A DNA stretch of 64,000 bases from an uncultured candidate division Zixibacteria bacterium (GCA_963664195.1 OY760907.1:2080001-2144000); one strand, 5' to 3'. Shown: positions 20,266-30,946, counted from the stretch's first letter. Notes: generated by a model not told the origin, from the sequence alone. Program-made: numbers and translations.

Positions 20266-22209
20266 ATGAGAAGTATTTTTGTTTCACTGACTATGCTCAT
20301 TCTGACTGCTCTTTCGATCTCTGCCCAGGATTCCGCGCAACCTCCAGAGCAGTTTGGGCTTGAGCACCTGACCGAGTATCTCGGTCTCAAACCGAACGAT
20401 ATATCGTATCGTTCCGATTACACCGATCCCGATTCTCTTCGTCTCAAGGTCGTCGCAGACCTGATGAATCGGCCGCTCGGCATGATAGAGTACTCTGCCT
20501 CGCTGAAGAACGCTCATGTCAAGGGGCAGCCGGAGATCCTGGCGGGCATTCTATTCTCAGACCTGAGAGGAGAGCACCAGCGGCAACGGGGTACTGCGTA
20601 TGATCCGACAATCGAAGAAATGCAGCGTCACTACAATCTCTTCTATATCGAGGCGACGCTCAACCAGCTCCTCAGCAGGGTGGCGACTTACCTTGATGTC
20701 ATCATTCCCCGGTCCACAGAGAAGAGCCTGGCCCGACTGAGCCGCGACCAGCGTCGATTTCTTACCAACGAGTTCAAGGAAATCGTGGTGATGAGCGAAG
20801 ACGACGAGTTCCTCCCGCTGGATGCAATCGACTCGCTCGAAAAGGTGGAGGAAGAGTATACGGACAGATTCGTCGAATTCGCTTCGCTGATTGACAAGGA
20901 CCCTATCACCGCTGCTGGAATCGACTGCCTTCGGAATCTGCTCCTTGATATCAACGCGCTTCGTTCTGTCCTTTCTTCGGGACAGGTGAAAGCGTCGCGG
21001 ATGCTTGAGGGGACAGGATATCTTCCTGACAACGCCAATCTCGACAGCTATCTCGGGAAGCAATCAGGATGGAAGATCGGTGGCCCCGGCAATGACTATT
21101 ACTCCGGTGACTACAAGTTCATTCTGGATTTTGGTGGTGATGACGTTTACGATTTTGAGTACGACCCCGCCAACCCCCACGGGGTGATCGTTATTGATCT
21201 GGGTGGTAATGATCATTATCGGGCCAAAACGGACTTCGCGCTTGCCTCCGGTTGTTTGTCGGTCGGCCTCCTACTGGATTTTGCCGGCGATGACCGTTAC
21301 GACGCCAAATCGTTTGGGCTCGGTTCCGGATACTTCGGTTTTGGTCTGCTGTACGATGCTTCCGGCGATGATCGTTACGACGGCGACACTCACGTGCAGG
21401 GGGCGGGGACGTTTGGTATTGGTCTGCTGGTTGATGAGGGTGGACGCGACATCTACAACGCTGCGGTGTACTCCCAGGCGTTTGGTTTTGTACAGGGAGC
21501 GGGCGTTATCTACGAAATGGACGGTTCCGACACGTACTACGCCGGTGGCAAATACAAAGATATTCTTCGCTACGAGGACCATTATCTGTCACTCTCCCAG
21601 GGGTTCGGCTACGGCCTCAGGCCCTGGATGTCCGGCGGTATCGGCGGACTGATTGACCTGAAAGGCAACGACAACTACTACGCCGACATTTTTGCGCAGG
21701 CGTGCAGCTACTGGTGGTCGCTCGGCGTGATTTATGACTCTGCCGGGAACGACAACTATCAGTGCTTTCAATACGGGCAGGGTGCCGCCACCCACATGAC
21801 CCTCGGCTGTCTGATCGACGACTATGGCAACGACGTCTATTTCGGCAAGGGGCTCATGCAGGGTTGTGGTCATGACTACTCGTGCGGACTCATACTCGAC
21901 CGCCACGGCAACGACACCTACACCTGCTATGATCTCTCGCAGGGAGCAGGATCGGCTAACGGGGCCGGGGTGCAGATCGACAACGAAGGTGATGACCGGT
22001 ATTTCAGCAAGAATGCTGCAAATACTCAGGGATATGGCAACCCGCGACGGGATTTCGGATCGATAGGATTGTTTATTGATCTGTCCGGGGATGATCAGTA
22101 TGCCGGTAACGGTCGGAACGATTACTACTGGAAGACGGAATCCAAATGGGGCGGCGGTATGGATGTCTCACCTGCCCCGATCGACAGCACGGGAGGCGAC
22201 CATGAATAA
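20266..22209 (+). CDS. Secreted protein with about 13 Gly-rich DxxG(N/D)DxY repeats (probable beta-solenoid)
   Basis: Signal peptide from ATG 20266; repeats such as DFAGDDRY, DASGDDRY, DLKGNDNY, DSAGNDNY and DRHGNDTY separated by QGxG segments. Confidence 0.8.
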   Translation: MRSIFVSLTMLILTALSISAQDSAQPPEQFGLEHLTEYLGLKPNDISYRSDYTDPDSLRLKVVADLMNRPLGMIEYSASLKNAHVKGQPEILAGILFSDLRGEHQRQRGTAYDPTIEEMQRHYNLFYIEATLNQLLSRVATYLDVIIPRSTEKSLARLSRDQRRFLTNEFKEIVVMSEDDEFLPLDAIDSLEKVEEEYTDRFVEFASLIDKDPITAAGIDCLRNLLLDINALRSVLSSGQVKASRMLEGTGYLPDNANLDSYLGKQSGWKIGGPGNDYYSGDYKFILDFGGDDVYDFEYDPANPHGVIVIDLGGNDHYRAKTDFALASGCLSVGLLLDFAGDDRYDAKSFGLGSGYFGFGLLYDASGDDRYDGDTHVQGAGTFGIGLLVDEGGRDIYNAAVYSQAFGFVQGAGVIYEMDGSDTYYAGGKYKDILRYEDHYLSLSQGFGYGLRPWMSGGIGGLIDLKGNDNYYADIFAQACSYWWSLGVIYDSAGNDNYQCFQYGQGAATHMTLGCLIDDYGNDVYFGKGLMQGCGHDYSCGLILDRHGNDTYTCYDLSQGAGSANGAGVQIDNEGDDRYFSKNAANTQGYGNPRRDFGSIGLFIDLSGDDQYAGNGRNDYYWKTESKWGGGMDVSPAPIDSTGGDHE

Positions 22210-23149
22210 CCCGCGAAAAGTGACGTCCGTGTTTCTTATAGCTGGTATACTGCTGGCGATAGGTGCAGGCTCAGTTTTGGCTGCCAGTCCAGTAGTTGAG
22301 AAGAAAGTTGATTCGCTGTTCATGATAGCGTCGTCCGGTTCGGTCAAGTTCCGTGACCAGGTTGCTCCTGCAATGGATGCGCTGGCCGGGATGGGTGTCG
22401 ACGCAGTTGTGCCGTTGATCGGCAAGCTGGATACGAAGTCTGCCCGGGAACGATTGACCGCTGTTCAGGCGCTTAAGAAGATAGGTTCTCCAGCGGTTCC
22501 GGATCTGCTGGCGGCTTTGCAGCAAAACGATGATTTGATTGTCCAGCGAGTCTGTTCGGCGCTTGGCGAGATCAAGGATACCGCCGCGATAGAGGGGCTG
22601 ATGGCAGTTGCCGATCATGCAAAATGGCAGGTTCGTGAACAGGCAATCGGTGCTCTTGGCAGGATTGGAGATGCACATTCGAGCAATGTGGTGATGAATG
22701 CGATGATCGATACTATCGGACAGGTGCGGAAGGCGGCTGCCGTTTCAGCCGGTCGACTTACAATCAACGAAGCCGCTTCCGGTCTGGTGCATCTTCTGGG
22801 AGATGAGTTTTATGGTGCCCGCATGTCGGCCAGGGAAGCTCTGATGAAACTGGACACTACTGTAGTGATGGGTGCATTGATCGATTCGATTGAGTCAGTC
22901 AACAGTTTCGTCGGCGATCTTGCCTGTGCCATGCTCGGTGATTACGGCACCGACGCTGCCGTTGATTTGCTGCTCAGGCAGACCAAGTCCTCTTCGGCCG
23001 ACCGCCGTGCCCATGCCGCGATGGCTCTGGTGAAGGCGGACCCTCTTGACAACTGTGGATACCAGAAACAGTTCGTGCCTTCTGAAACAGATCGATATGT
23101 ACTACTGAAGATACAATCCGCTTTGCATGACGCGCAAAACCAACCCTGA
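22202..23149 (+). CDS. Secreted HEAT/PBS-repeat protein
   Basis: GGGAGG RBS, signal peptide, VR..A..ALG.IG repeats; overlaps the upstream gene. Confidence 0.85.
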   Translation: MNNPRKVTSVFLIAGILLAIGAGSVLAASPVVEKKVDSLFMIASSGSVKFRDQVAPAMDALAGMGVDAVVPLIGKLDTKSARERLTAVQALKKIGSPAVPDLLAALQQNDDLIVQRVCSALGEIKDTAAIEGLMAVADHAKWQVREQAIGALGRIGDAHSSNVVMNAMIDTIGQVRKAAAVSAGRLTINEAASGLVHLLGDEFYGARMSAREALMKLDTTVVMGALIDSIESVNSFVGDLACAMLGDYGTDAAVDLLLRQTKSSSADRRAHAAMALVKADPLDNCGYQKQFVPSETDRYVLLKIQSALHDAQNQP

Positions 23150-24365
23150 CAAACTGGGCGATCAACTTGATCGCCTCAGGACTCACATCGTTGCGGAGAA
23201 GAAACCGGGCAAAAGTCCGGCCTTGCCCTCGCGCTATGGACGTCTCGCTGAGGCACTGGGCGGGGAGTTGGTGCGGGGATCTGGGGGCGTGTTCTGTCTG
23301 GTGACACGCCTGTACGGATTCGGCCACTCCTACGGCAATGCCAGCCTTGCCCCCGCGAAGCAGTCCGATGCCGCCGCGGCCGCTTCCTTTTCCGCGGGAG
23401 CATGCGAGGGAGAGGTGGCGCTCGGCGATTTAGTATTTTTCGACACTGAAACGACGGGCCTCGGTGGCGCGGGGACGGTTGCGTTTCTGATCGGATGTGG
23501 ATCCCTCACTGAGCAGGGGTTTGAGGTCCGCCAGTATGTCCTTCCAGACTACGCCGACGAGGCCGGAATGCTTGAGTGTCTGCAGGATGAACTGAACGAC
23601 GGTCGAACGATTGTTAGCTACAACGGCCTGGCCTTCGACGCTCCGCTGGTGCGTGACCGGATGATTGTCAACCGGGTAGCCCGCGAGTTGCCCTGTCAGG
23701 GGCACATTGATCTGTTGCATGCCACTCGGCGGTTGTTTCGACGACGTCTTCGCGATTGTTCACTGACCAATATCGAGCGGGAGATATTCGGTTACTACCG
23801 CGAGGGGGACGTTCCGGGCTATCTGATTCCTTCGGTCTATTTCGATTGGCTGGGCACCGAGGACCCTTCTCAAATGGGGACAGTTCTTGAACACAATCGG
23901 CTGGACATCTTGTCGCTGTATTTTCTGTTGCTGCACGTAGCGGATATCTTCTCATCTGAGGGGGAGACTCTTGAGAGCGCCGATGACATGCACTCTCTGG
24001 CCCGTGTATACGGCCGTCGCCGACAGCACGAAAAGGTGGCTGATCTGTATGATCGTATGGAGATGGCGTCGGAGGGTGAGATTGGCCTCGATGCAGTGCT
24101 GTATCACTCGTATTCGTTCAAGAAGACGGGTGATTGGGAGCAGGCGGTGGCGCTCTGGCAGCAATTGTCTGAAGGAATAGGCCGGGAGGCCTTTGAGTCG
24201 AATATCGAGTTGGCCAAGTACTTCGAGCATCGTATCAAGGACGTTGCTGCGGCTCTTTCTTACGCCCGCAAAGCTGCGCAAGCATGCCCCTTTGAAGGTC
24301 CCCGCCTGGCGCAGATCAGGCATCGTTTGGATCGGCTTCAGAAGAAGGCAAAAGACCTGCGGTAA
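23127..24365 (+). CDS. RNase H-like DEDD exonuclease with C-terminal TPR (YprB/MrfB-like)
   Basis: FFDTETTGL, SYNG.AFD, HIDL, EHNRLD; TPR-like IELAKYFEHR. Confidence 0.82.
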   Translation: MTRKTNPDKLGDQLDRLRTHIVAEKKPGKSPALPSRYGRLAEALGGELVRGSGGVFCLVTRLYGFGHSYGNASLAPAKQSDAAAAASFSAGACEGEVALGDLVFFDTETTGLGGAGTVAFLIGCGSLTEQGFEVRQYVLPDYADEAGMLECLQDELNDGRTIVSYNGLAFDAPLVRDRMIVNRVARELPCQGHIDLLHATRRLFRRRLRDCSLTNIEREIFGYYREGDVPGYLIPSVYFDWLGTEDPSQMGTVLEHNRLDILSLYFLLLHVADIFSSEGETLESADDMHSLARVYGRRRQHEKVADLYDRMEMASEGEIGLDAVLYHSYSFKKTGDWEQAVALWQQLSEGIGREAFESNIELAKYFEHRIKDVAAALSYARKAAQACPFEGPRLAQIRHRLDRLQKKAKDLR

Positions 24366-24429
24366 TACCGTCTCTCAAGGCTCAGGAATACCCGAATCTC
24401 GCCGACATACGGAGTAAGGAGATTTCTCG

Positions 24430-25734
24430 ATGAATACTGAGCTTATTAACAAAGTAATCAACGACGGCGCAAAGCTGTATTCGCTGCCGCAGACGCTTGC
24501 GGAAGTAATGCGCGTGTCACGGGACGAAAACTCATCGGCGGATGACCTCGCGAAAATCCTGACAAAGGATCCGGCACTGGTAACCAAAGTGTTGAGAATC
24601 GTCAACTCACCCTTCTACGGTGTTGGACGGAAGATCGGTTCTATGACACAGGCGGTCGTGACTCTGGGAACGCGTCAGGTCATGGCGCTGGCTCTGTCGA
24701 CTTCCATTTATAGCATGACCGACAAATGGCATTCAGGAATGGATCGGGTAAGATTCTGGCGTCACTCTCTTGAGGTGGCCATAGCGTCGCGGACAATTGC
24801 CGAGAAGATCGGATATCGTAATCTCGAAGAGGTTTTTGTTGCCGGGCTTCTTCATGATATTGGTCTCCTGATTCTCGAGAATTCGTTTCCTGAGCAGTTC
24901 GCGACAGTGTGGAAGAACACGGCTGGCGGGCACTCCTCTGTTGATCTTGAAGAAGAGCAATGGGGAACCAATCATGCTCGCATCGGGCAGTTCCTGCTTG
25001 AACAGTGGAGTCTGCCGGAGACCATCTGCGAGAGTGTCGGTCGTCACCACAACGTGTTTACGCCCGGAGCGGACGATCCCGAGCTCGTACCCGGCCAGAT
25101 TGTGAACCTCGCGAATATCGTCTCGCAGTTCCCGATCGCGAATTATCAGCCGACAGAGGCTCGTCTCGATACTGAGAACCGCAGGATCATCCGCGACAAT
25201 CTCGGGCTTACCCCTGAAAACCTGTTGGTAGTAGAGAAGCATCTTTTCCAGCAAACCGTCAGTGAATCCAAATATCTCGAGATGGACATCGGTTCCACCG
25301 ACGATATCCTGATTGAGGCCAACCGGATGCTCTTTGAGCAGTATGCGGCGGTGGAGTCTCTTCTCGAAGAGAACCGACTTATGCAACGTCAGTCAATGGG
25401 TGAAGAAGTCAAGCGGGGGTTCCTCGAGACTCTCAAGAGTACTACTTCAACTTACGCCGAGTATGTCAGGAGAAGCTCAGCCAGCATGCTCCAGAAGGCG
25501 GACGAAGTGAAACACGGCATCGAATCCGGAGCCATCGTCGATCCGGGAGGTCTGGTGGCTTCAACAATCGAAAGTACGATGGATAACCTTCGCTCGGTAG
25601 AGTTCCTCACCAGCAAGTTGGAGAGTCTGACTCACACCGAGTCCGCGCTTTACTATGATCAGGACTCCGTTACGGCTCTGGACGAAGACATTCGTCACGA
25701 GATGGAGCGTATTGAGGAGCCGATTACGGCGTAG
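24430..25734 (+). CDS. HDOD-domain signalling protein
   Basis: DPALVTKVLRIVNSPFYG, FWRHSL, AGLLHDIG, NHARIG..LL..W.LP. Confidence 0.9.
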   Translation: MNTELINKVINDGAKLYSLPQTLAEVMRVSRDENSSADDLAKILTKDPALVTKVLRIVNSPFYGVGRKIGSMTQAVVTLGTRQVMALALSTSIYSMTDKWHSGMDRVRFWRHSLEVAIASRTIAEKIGYRNLEEVFVAGLLHDIGLLILENSFPEQFATVWKNTAGGHSSVDLEEEQWGTNHARIGQFLLEQWSLPETICESVGRHHNVFTPGADDPELVPGQIVNLANIVSQFPIANYQPTEARLDTENRRIIRDNLGLTPENLLVVEKHLFQQTVSESKYLEMDIGSTDDILIEANRMLFEQYAAVESLLEENRLMQRQSMGEEVKRGFLETLKSTTSTYAEYVRRSSASMLQKADEVKHGIESGAIVDPGGLVASTIESTMDNLRSVEFLTSKLESLTHTESALYYDQDSVTALDEDIRHEMERIEEPITA

Positions 25735-25760
25735 CCGGTTCAGGCACAGCCATAAATGAC

Positions 25761-25800
25761 AAAACCGCCGATCGGCTTGGTCCGGTCGGCGGTTCTGTTT
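25761..25800. terminator. Probable bidirectional terminator between convergent genes
   Basis: AACCGCCGATCGG-CTTGGT-CCGGTCGGCGGTT with A- and T-rich flanks. Confidence 0.7.
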
Positions 25801-25819
25801 ATATCTGTTCTGTGCAGCA

Positions 25820-27703
25820 TTATTCTTCGCGAACCACCACACTGACTCCCTTGCCTGACAGTGAGAGAAGTCCACTGCCGTCGCCGAGAACCCATTTGGC
25901 GGTCTTGAAACGGCCTTCATCGGAGGAATCATAGGCGAGCGAGCTTTTGATGTGTCCTCCGTCGGTGCGTGATTCGATTCGCAGGTCAGGCAGATCGGCG
26001 AAAGTGAGTATTATTCGCGCGCTCTGGGTTTCGACTGTCGATGTCTCGCCGGCGAATCTATCGTCGAGCGTCAGATTCACGTCACCGTTGTTGTTTGTCA
26101 AGTATACAGGTCCCTGCAGCCGTTCGCCTTGAATCGCTCCACTGTTGTTAGTGACTGTCAACTCACCGTTGAGACCGAATGCATACACATGGGAATACAT
26201 GTTCGTCAGATGCGCGTCGCCGTCGATATCTCGAAGAATCAGAGGCTGGTAGGCGTTGTTTGCCACGATATCGCCAACGCTCTCTGCAATCTCTACCTGG
26301 CCGTACTGGTTGTCGATGGTCATGTTGCCGTGGTGATCGTCGATACGAATCTGGCCGGAGTTCTTGATCCTGACGTCACCCTCGCAATCAGCCAGTTGCA
26401 CCTGGGCGTACAGGTTGTTGACTATCAACGCCCCCTGACATTCACTGATGCTGATAGCCCCATACTGGTTTGAGGCGGAGATATCTCCCGTGACCTCCGA
26501 GAGAAAGATACTCGCGTAGGAATTCGATACCTCAACCGATCCTTCGACATTGTCTATATTGACGTTGGAATATGCGCTCCGGACGGTGAGACCGCCCTCC
26601 AGATCGTTGATGCCGACTGTGCCGTAGGAACCTTCTGCCATTACATGATTGGCCATCGGTACGTTGACGTACAGGACGCTTCGCAGAATCTTGGTGTCGG
26701 TATCCGAAATCTCAGGCAACTGTGCGAGTATGCTGTAGCCGTTCCCGGCCTTTGTGACTTTGAGATCGGTGTCAGCAACGAATTGCTTTTCTCTGGCTCT
26801 GGTCTTTGAGCTGACTTCAATTGCGAGACGAGCAACAATCATGTCATCATCCCACCCGACAATCTTGAGGTCCCCCACGGGGAGCGTGATTTCGATAGGT
26901 GCACTCCCTGAACTGACCGCCAAGCTGTCCTGGTACTTCCTCACAAGACCGATTTCACTGTGGTCGCTATCCTCAAACCAGTTTGGCACGCGGCCCGGAT
27001 CTGGCGGTGCCCCGACTCGCGGCGGCTGCGGCGCCCGGGGAATGAAGATTACTTCCTCTCCGGGAATGTGTAAGTTCTCAAGTCCCTTGGCATACTCTTC
27101 CACTGCCTTTTCCAGCTTCTCCGTGTCGACCTCGGTGCCATCGAGAATGACGGTCCACTTCTTGGCCGCCTGTTCCAGGTATTCCTGAATCCCCTTGTTC
27201 TGGAGGAGATGGTCAAGCTGCTGGTCGTCGTAGTCTTCAATCAGATCAACCACGATAACCAGTTCTTTGCGGAGGTTGCGCACAACTCGACAGCAACGGG
27301 GACTGTTGGTGTTGTACTTGGCCTTGTGCGATGCCTCGATGTCCTTGAGGGTGTCGACCAGGGCGTGGATGTCATGGATCAACTGGTCAGGGTCCCTTTC
27401 GTAGGTGCCGTCCTTGAGACCAGCTTTCAGAACATCGGTAGATATTTCGTGCTCTTGTCGTGATTTGGCATCCATATCCGCAAGTAGATCGGAGTAGTCT
27501 TCGATGGCGTTTTGTACGCGAGTCAAGATATCCAGATACTCATCGGCCAACTCCTGTGACAACTCATCGATTGTCACGTCGAATAGTCCATAGCGCGACC
27601 CTAGGTCGTCTTCTTGTTCAGTAGGTGTCTGGGCAAGAAGTTGACCGCAACCGATCAGGGCGAACAGGGTCGCCGCAATGAATATCCTCAGAATCAGTTT
27701 CAT
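25820..27703 (-). CDS. DUF4097 (beta-solenoid 'adhesin')-like exported protein with helical N-terminus
   Basis: Signal peptide, Pro-rich linker, about 19-aa repeats of N.YG.I.I....G.L.V. Confidence 0.78.
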   Translation of the reverse strand: MKLILRIFIAATLFALIGCGQLLAQTPTEQEDDLGSRYGLFDVTIDELSQELADEYLDILTRVQNAIEDYSDLLADMDAKSRQEHEISTDVLKAGLKDGTYERDPDQLIHDIHALVDTLKDIEASHKAKYNTNSPRCCRVVRNLRKELVIVVDLIEDYDDQQLDHLLQNKGIQEYLEQAAKKWTVILDGTEVDTEKLEKAVEEYAKGLENLHIPGEEVIFIPRAPQPPRVGAPPDPGRVPNWFEDSDHSEIGLVRKYQDSLAVSSGSAPIEITLPVGDLKIVGWDDDMIVARLAIEVSSKTRAREKQFVADTDLKVTKAGNGYSILAQLPEISDTDTKILRSVLYVNVPMANHVMAEGSYGTVGINDLEGGLTVRSAYSNVNIDNVEGSVEVSNSYASIFLSEVTGDISASNQYGAISISECQGALIVNNLYAQVQLADCEGDVRIKNSGQIRIDDHHGNMTIDNQYGQVEIAESVGDIVANNAYQPLILRDIDGDAHLTNMYSHVYAFGLNGELTVTNNSGAIQGERLQGPVYLTNNNGDVNLTLDDRFAGETSTVETQSARIILTFADLPDLRIESRTDGGHIKSSLAYDSSDEGRFKTAKWVLGDGSGLLSLSGKGVSVVVREE

Positions 27704-27875
27704 AGTCTGTCGCTCAGCAGCGTGGTTGATTCAACCTGCGCTATCCTTCATCATCACCACCCCATGGATGCTTAATCATACCGTCGCTCGCCTCCTGCAA
27801 CTAAAACATGCATCTTTGGCTCCCCAAAGGGCCCGGTATTTCGCCGGTGGAGAGCGTTATTGCTCTAATTCTACC

Positions 27876-27900
27876 TACGGACCGCACACGGTTAAGTTCC
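27876..27900 (-). promoter_or_regulatory. Putative ECF sigma-factor promoter
   Basis: Minus strand GGAACTT..., GAAC-N16-CGTA, upstream of the DUF4097 gene. Confidence 0.6.
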
Positions 27901-28204
27901 ATTCGGACGTCCGGCGCCAAGGTCTTCAGAGAAAAATGATCAACTTCAACGCAGACGTTGGGCAAGTGTTAGGATAACAAAATGTGCACGCAATTGCAAA
28001 CAACCATAACGAAAATGGCTTTCGATCCCTCGTGTTGTGCAACCAATTGTGGTCACGCGCGTAAAACCATAGGATGCAATGTGTTGGTGCGTCCGTACTC
28101 GCGCTGGTTCGCCAGACCGGAATCATCGAAAAACCGTTTCAAAGGGCACCGGATTTGTTGTATTGTGGGTCGACACGATCACGCAAAATACCTTGCCGGT
28201 GGAT

Positions 28205-30946
28205 ATGACTATGAAATCTTCTGTGATAGCCATTCTCTCTTTCTGCCTCTTGATGCCTGTTGCAGTCTTCGGGTTCAATTCCGACTGTGTTCGCGGCGGA
28301 CGTCTGGACGGCCTCGATCTGTCATTCAGGGCGCTTGATGAGCATCCCTGGGACGATTCCCGGTCGCTGGCCAGCGATGTTTCTGACTTGCTCATCTCAG
28401 AGTCGGCGATGCCGGCGCAGTTTGCGCAAGGCGAGGCCCGGGTGGTAGCACTCGAAGATGGCGGCTGGCTGGTCGTCTGGCAGGACGAGCGGATGGGCAG
28501 TTACAAGATATTCTGGCAGAGGTTTGATGAATCCGGGAATCCCGTCGGTGATAACGTGCTTGTGGCGGGATCGACCGTTGGTGCCGATTTTGTGGACCCT
28601 GTTTTCGCAGTTGATACGCTTTCGAGAATATGTTTGTTCTACCGCGATCGGACGAGAGGTCTCGTCTTTGGCTCACGGTACACCAGCGATCTGTCGATTG
28701 ACCTCGCGCCTTTCCTCGTCAATGACACCAGCTTAAGTTCATTTGCCGGACCGTTCGATGTCGATGTCTTTCCGGACGGCCAGATGGTCGTTGCCTGGGA
28801 AAACCACACGTCGATCGGGTCAACCGTCGAGATGCGTTTGTATTCCGGTTCGGGCAATTCGATTCTCGGACCGACTCAGATCAATTCCGACGGTGGCTCC
28901 GCCGAACGCAGTGTGCCGTCGCTGGCCGTTGCTCCCGGCTCCGGCTATGTCGTGGCGTGGGAGGACTATCGAAACAGTCGAGCAGACATTTATGCCCGGC
29001 AGTTTACTGGTGCCGGCGCTGCGATAGGCGCCGACTTTGCTTTGATCGCACCGCCCAACGATCTTGCCGCTCAACGCAATCCCGAAGTAGTTTATTCTTC
29101 TCAGGACAAATACGTGATCGGTTGGGAAGACGACCGAACCGGCCGTGAAATATACCTTCAGAGATACGATCAGACGACAGGTCTGGTCGGATCAAATCAA
29201 CTCATTTCCAGCGGCGATCCCGCGGTGACCAACAGTGATCTGCATCTGGGGACGACTTCTGTCTCCGACGTCGTTGCCACCTGGGCTGATTTTGGCGCCG
29301 CCAATAGCATTCTGCAGTTGGCCTTCGATAGCGGGCTGGTTGCATCCGCGGCCCCGGACACCATGAATCTGAACGGTGTTGGGCAGCGATGGAATCCGGC
29401 CATGACGATGGACGCTTCGGACCGTCAGGCATTGGTGTGGACAGAGTTCGATTCCGAAGACGCAGATATCAGTCTGATGCTGTTCGATGCTTCCGGTAAT
29501 GGCTTGTTACCATCGGAGACGGCGGTCAACGATGACGTTCTCGGGTCACCATCCGGCAGTCCCTTTGTTCTATCGACCAACAACTGGCGCAATATTGTGT
29601 GCTATAGTGATCGACGGTACGACGCCGGTGACGTGTTTGTAAGACCGCTCACCGTTGCCGGTGATTACTTCGGTGCCTCACGCCGAGTCAATCAGGATGT
29701 TGGTATGTCTTTGCAGTCGGAGCCTTCAGCGGCAGTCAGCGACACGAGATCACTGATTGTCTGGGTGGACAGTCGCCCGGTTTCAGGCATTCCGGGGCAG
29801 CGAATTTACGGTCGGTTCTGTACGCACACAGCCGATTTTTCAGAAAACGAGTTTATGCTTTCCGATACAAACGCCAACGCCATAAAGTCTTCACCACGAA
29901 TTGCTCTCGCTGCCGACGGGCAGGGGTTTGTCGCCTGGATCGACAAGCGGGACGGTTCCGAGCAGGTGTGGGGACGATGGCTGGCAACAGATGGATCCCT
30001 CGATGGTGACGAGTTCCTGATTTCGACAGGCGTCACCGACAGTTCGGCTACCAGCCTCTACGTGGGTCGAGATTCTGCCAACCTCTTTTATGTCGTCTGG
30101 CTTGACATAGGCTTGGCCAATCCGACCGTTAAGGCAAAATGGTACAATCCGAACCAAACCCCCGGGGGAGCATTTGAATACCCGTCGTCGGTTTCGGGCG
30201 TGGCTATCGATGAGATGGCCGCCGACATCGCCCCGAGCAACGGTGTTGCCCTGTTGTGGACCGGTACCGACGACGGCGCGCGGAAAGCGTATCTCACCTG
30301 GGTGGACCCGTTTGAGAAACTCGCACCGGTGGCGGTGCAGGTTTCCGATGACACGCTCTCCAATGCTTCGCAGCCGACCGTCTCGGTCTCCAACAACGGA
30401 GCGATAAGCGCCGCCTGGATTGATCAGCGTGAGGGCAAGCGACTGGTGTACTATCAGCTTTTCGATGCGTCTCAGACGCCTTCGGGAGTCAACCAAGCTC
30501 TGTCAGGCGCGTCACCCGAGTTCATGGCTGCGCCGCACACCGATGCCTATCGAGGGCGGGCATGGTTCACCTGGGTTGACCCGAGAGAAAACGGCATGAA
30601 CATCTATGCGTCGTCGGTTCAATACGATCCGTCCGACGTAACCGACCCGGACAACCCGGCCCTGCCTGACGGGTTCGTTCTATCGCAGAACTATCCCAAC
30701 CCTTTCAATCCGTCGACAGAGATTTCGTTTACCCTGCCGACAAAGAGTGATGTGACGCTCAGCGTTTACAATACGTTGGGGCAGAGGGTGAAGACGATTG
30801 TCGACGGCGAATGTCCTGCGGGCGATTACACGGTTACCTGGGACGGTAAGGACAACGGCGGCAACGCGGTCTCGACCGGAGTGTACTTCTACCGTCTGAC
30901 TGCCGACGGCGTGACGGAATCGAAGAAGATGATGTTGCTGAAATAG
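28205..30946 (+). CDS. Secreted beta-propeller repeat protein with T9SS/FlgD-like C-terminal sorting domain
   Basis: Signal peptide (ATG 28205 or 28211), about 14 repeats of P..A.....VVxWxDxR...IY...F, then LSQNYPNPFNP...WDG...GVYFYRL...KKMMLLK. Confidence 0.85.
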   Translation: MTMKSSVIAILSFCLLMPVAVFGFNSDCVRGGRLDGLDLSFRALDEHPWDDSRSLASDVSDLLISESAMPAQFAQGEARVVALEDGGWLVVWQDERMGSYKIFWQRFDESGNPVGDNVLVAGSTVGADFVDPVFAVDTLSRICLFYRDRTRGLVFGSRYTSDLSIDLAPFLVNDTSLSSFAGPFDVDVFPDGQMVVAWENHTSIGSTVEMRLYSGSGNSILGPTQINSDGGSAERSVPSLAVAPGSGYVVAWEDYRNSRADIYARQFTGAGAAIGADFALIAPPNDLAAQRNPEVVYSSQDKYVIGWEDDRTGREIYLQRYDQTTGLVGSNQLISSGDPAVTNSDLHLGTTSVSDVVATWADFGAANSILQLAFDSGLVASAAPDTMNLNGVGQRWNPAMTMDASDRQALVWTEFDSEDADISLMLFDASGNGLLPSETAVNDDVLGSPSGSPFVLSTNNWRNIVCYSDRRYDAGDVFVRPLTVAGDYFGASRRVNQDVGMSLQSEPSAAVSDTRSLIVWVDSRPVSGIPGQRIYGRFCTHTADFSENEFMLSDTNANAIKSSPRIALAADGQGFVAWIDKRDGSEQVWGRWLATDGSLDGDEFLISTGVTDSSATSLYVGRDSANLFYVVWLDIGLANPTVKAKWYNPNQTPGGAFEYPSSVSGVAIDEMAADIAPSNGVALLWTGTDDGARKAYLTWVDPFEKLAPVAVQVSDDTLSNASQPTVSVSNNGAISAAWIDQREGKRLVYYQLFDASQTPSGVNQALSGASPEFMAAPHTDAYRGRAWFTWVDPRENGMNIYASSVQYDPSDVTDPDNPALPDGFVLSQNYPNPFNPSTEISFTLPTKSDVTLSVYNTLGQRVKTIVDGECPAGDYTVTWDGKDNGGNAVSTGVYFYRLTADGVTESKKMMLLK

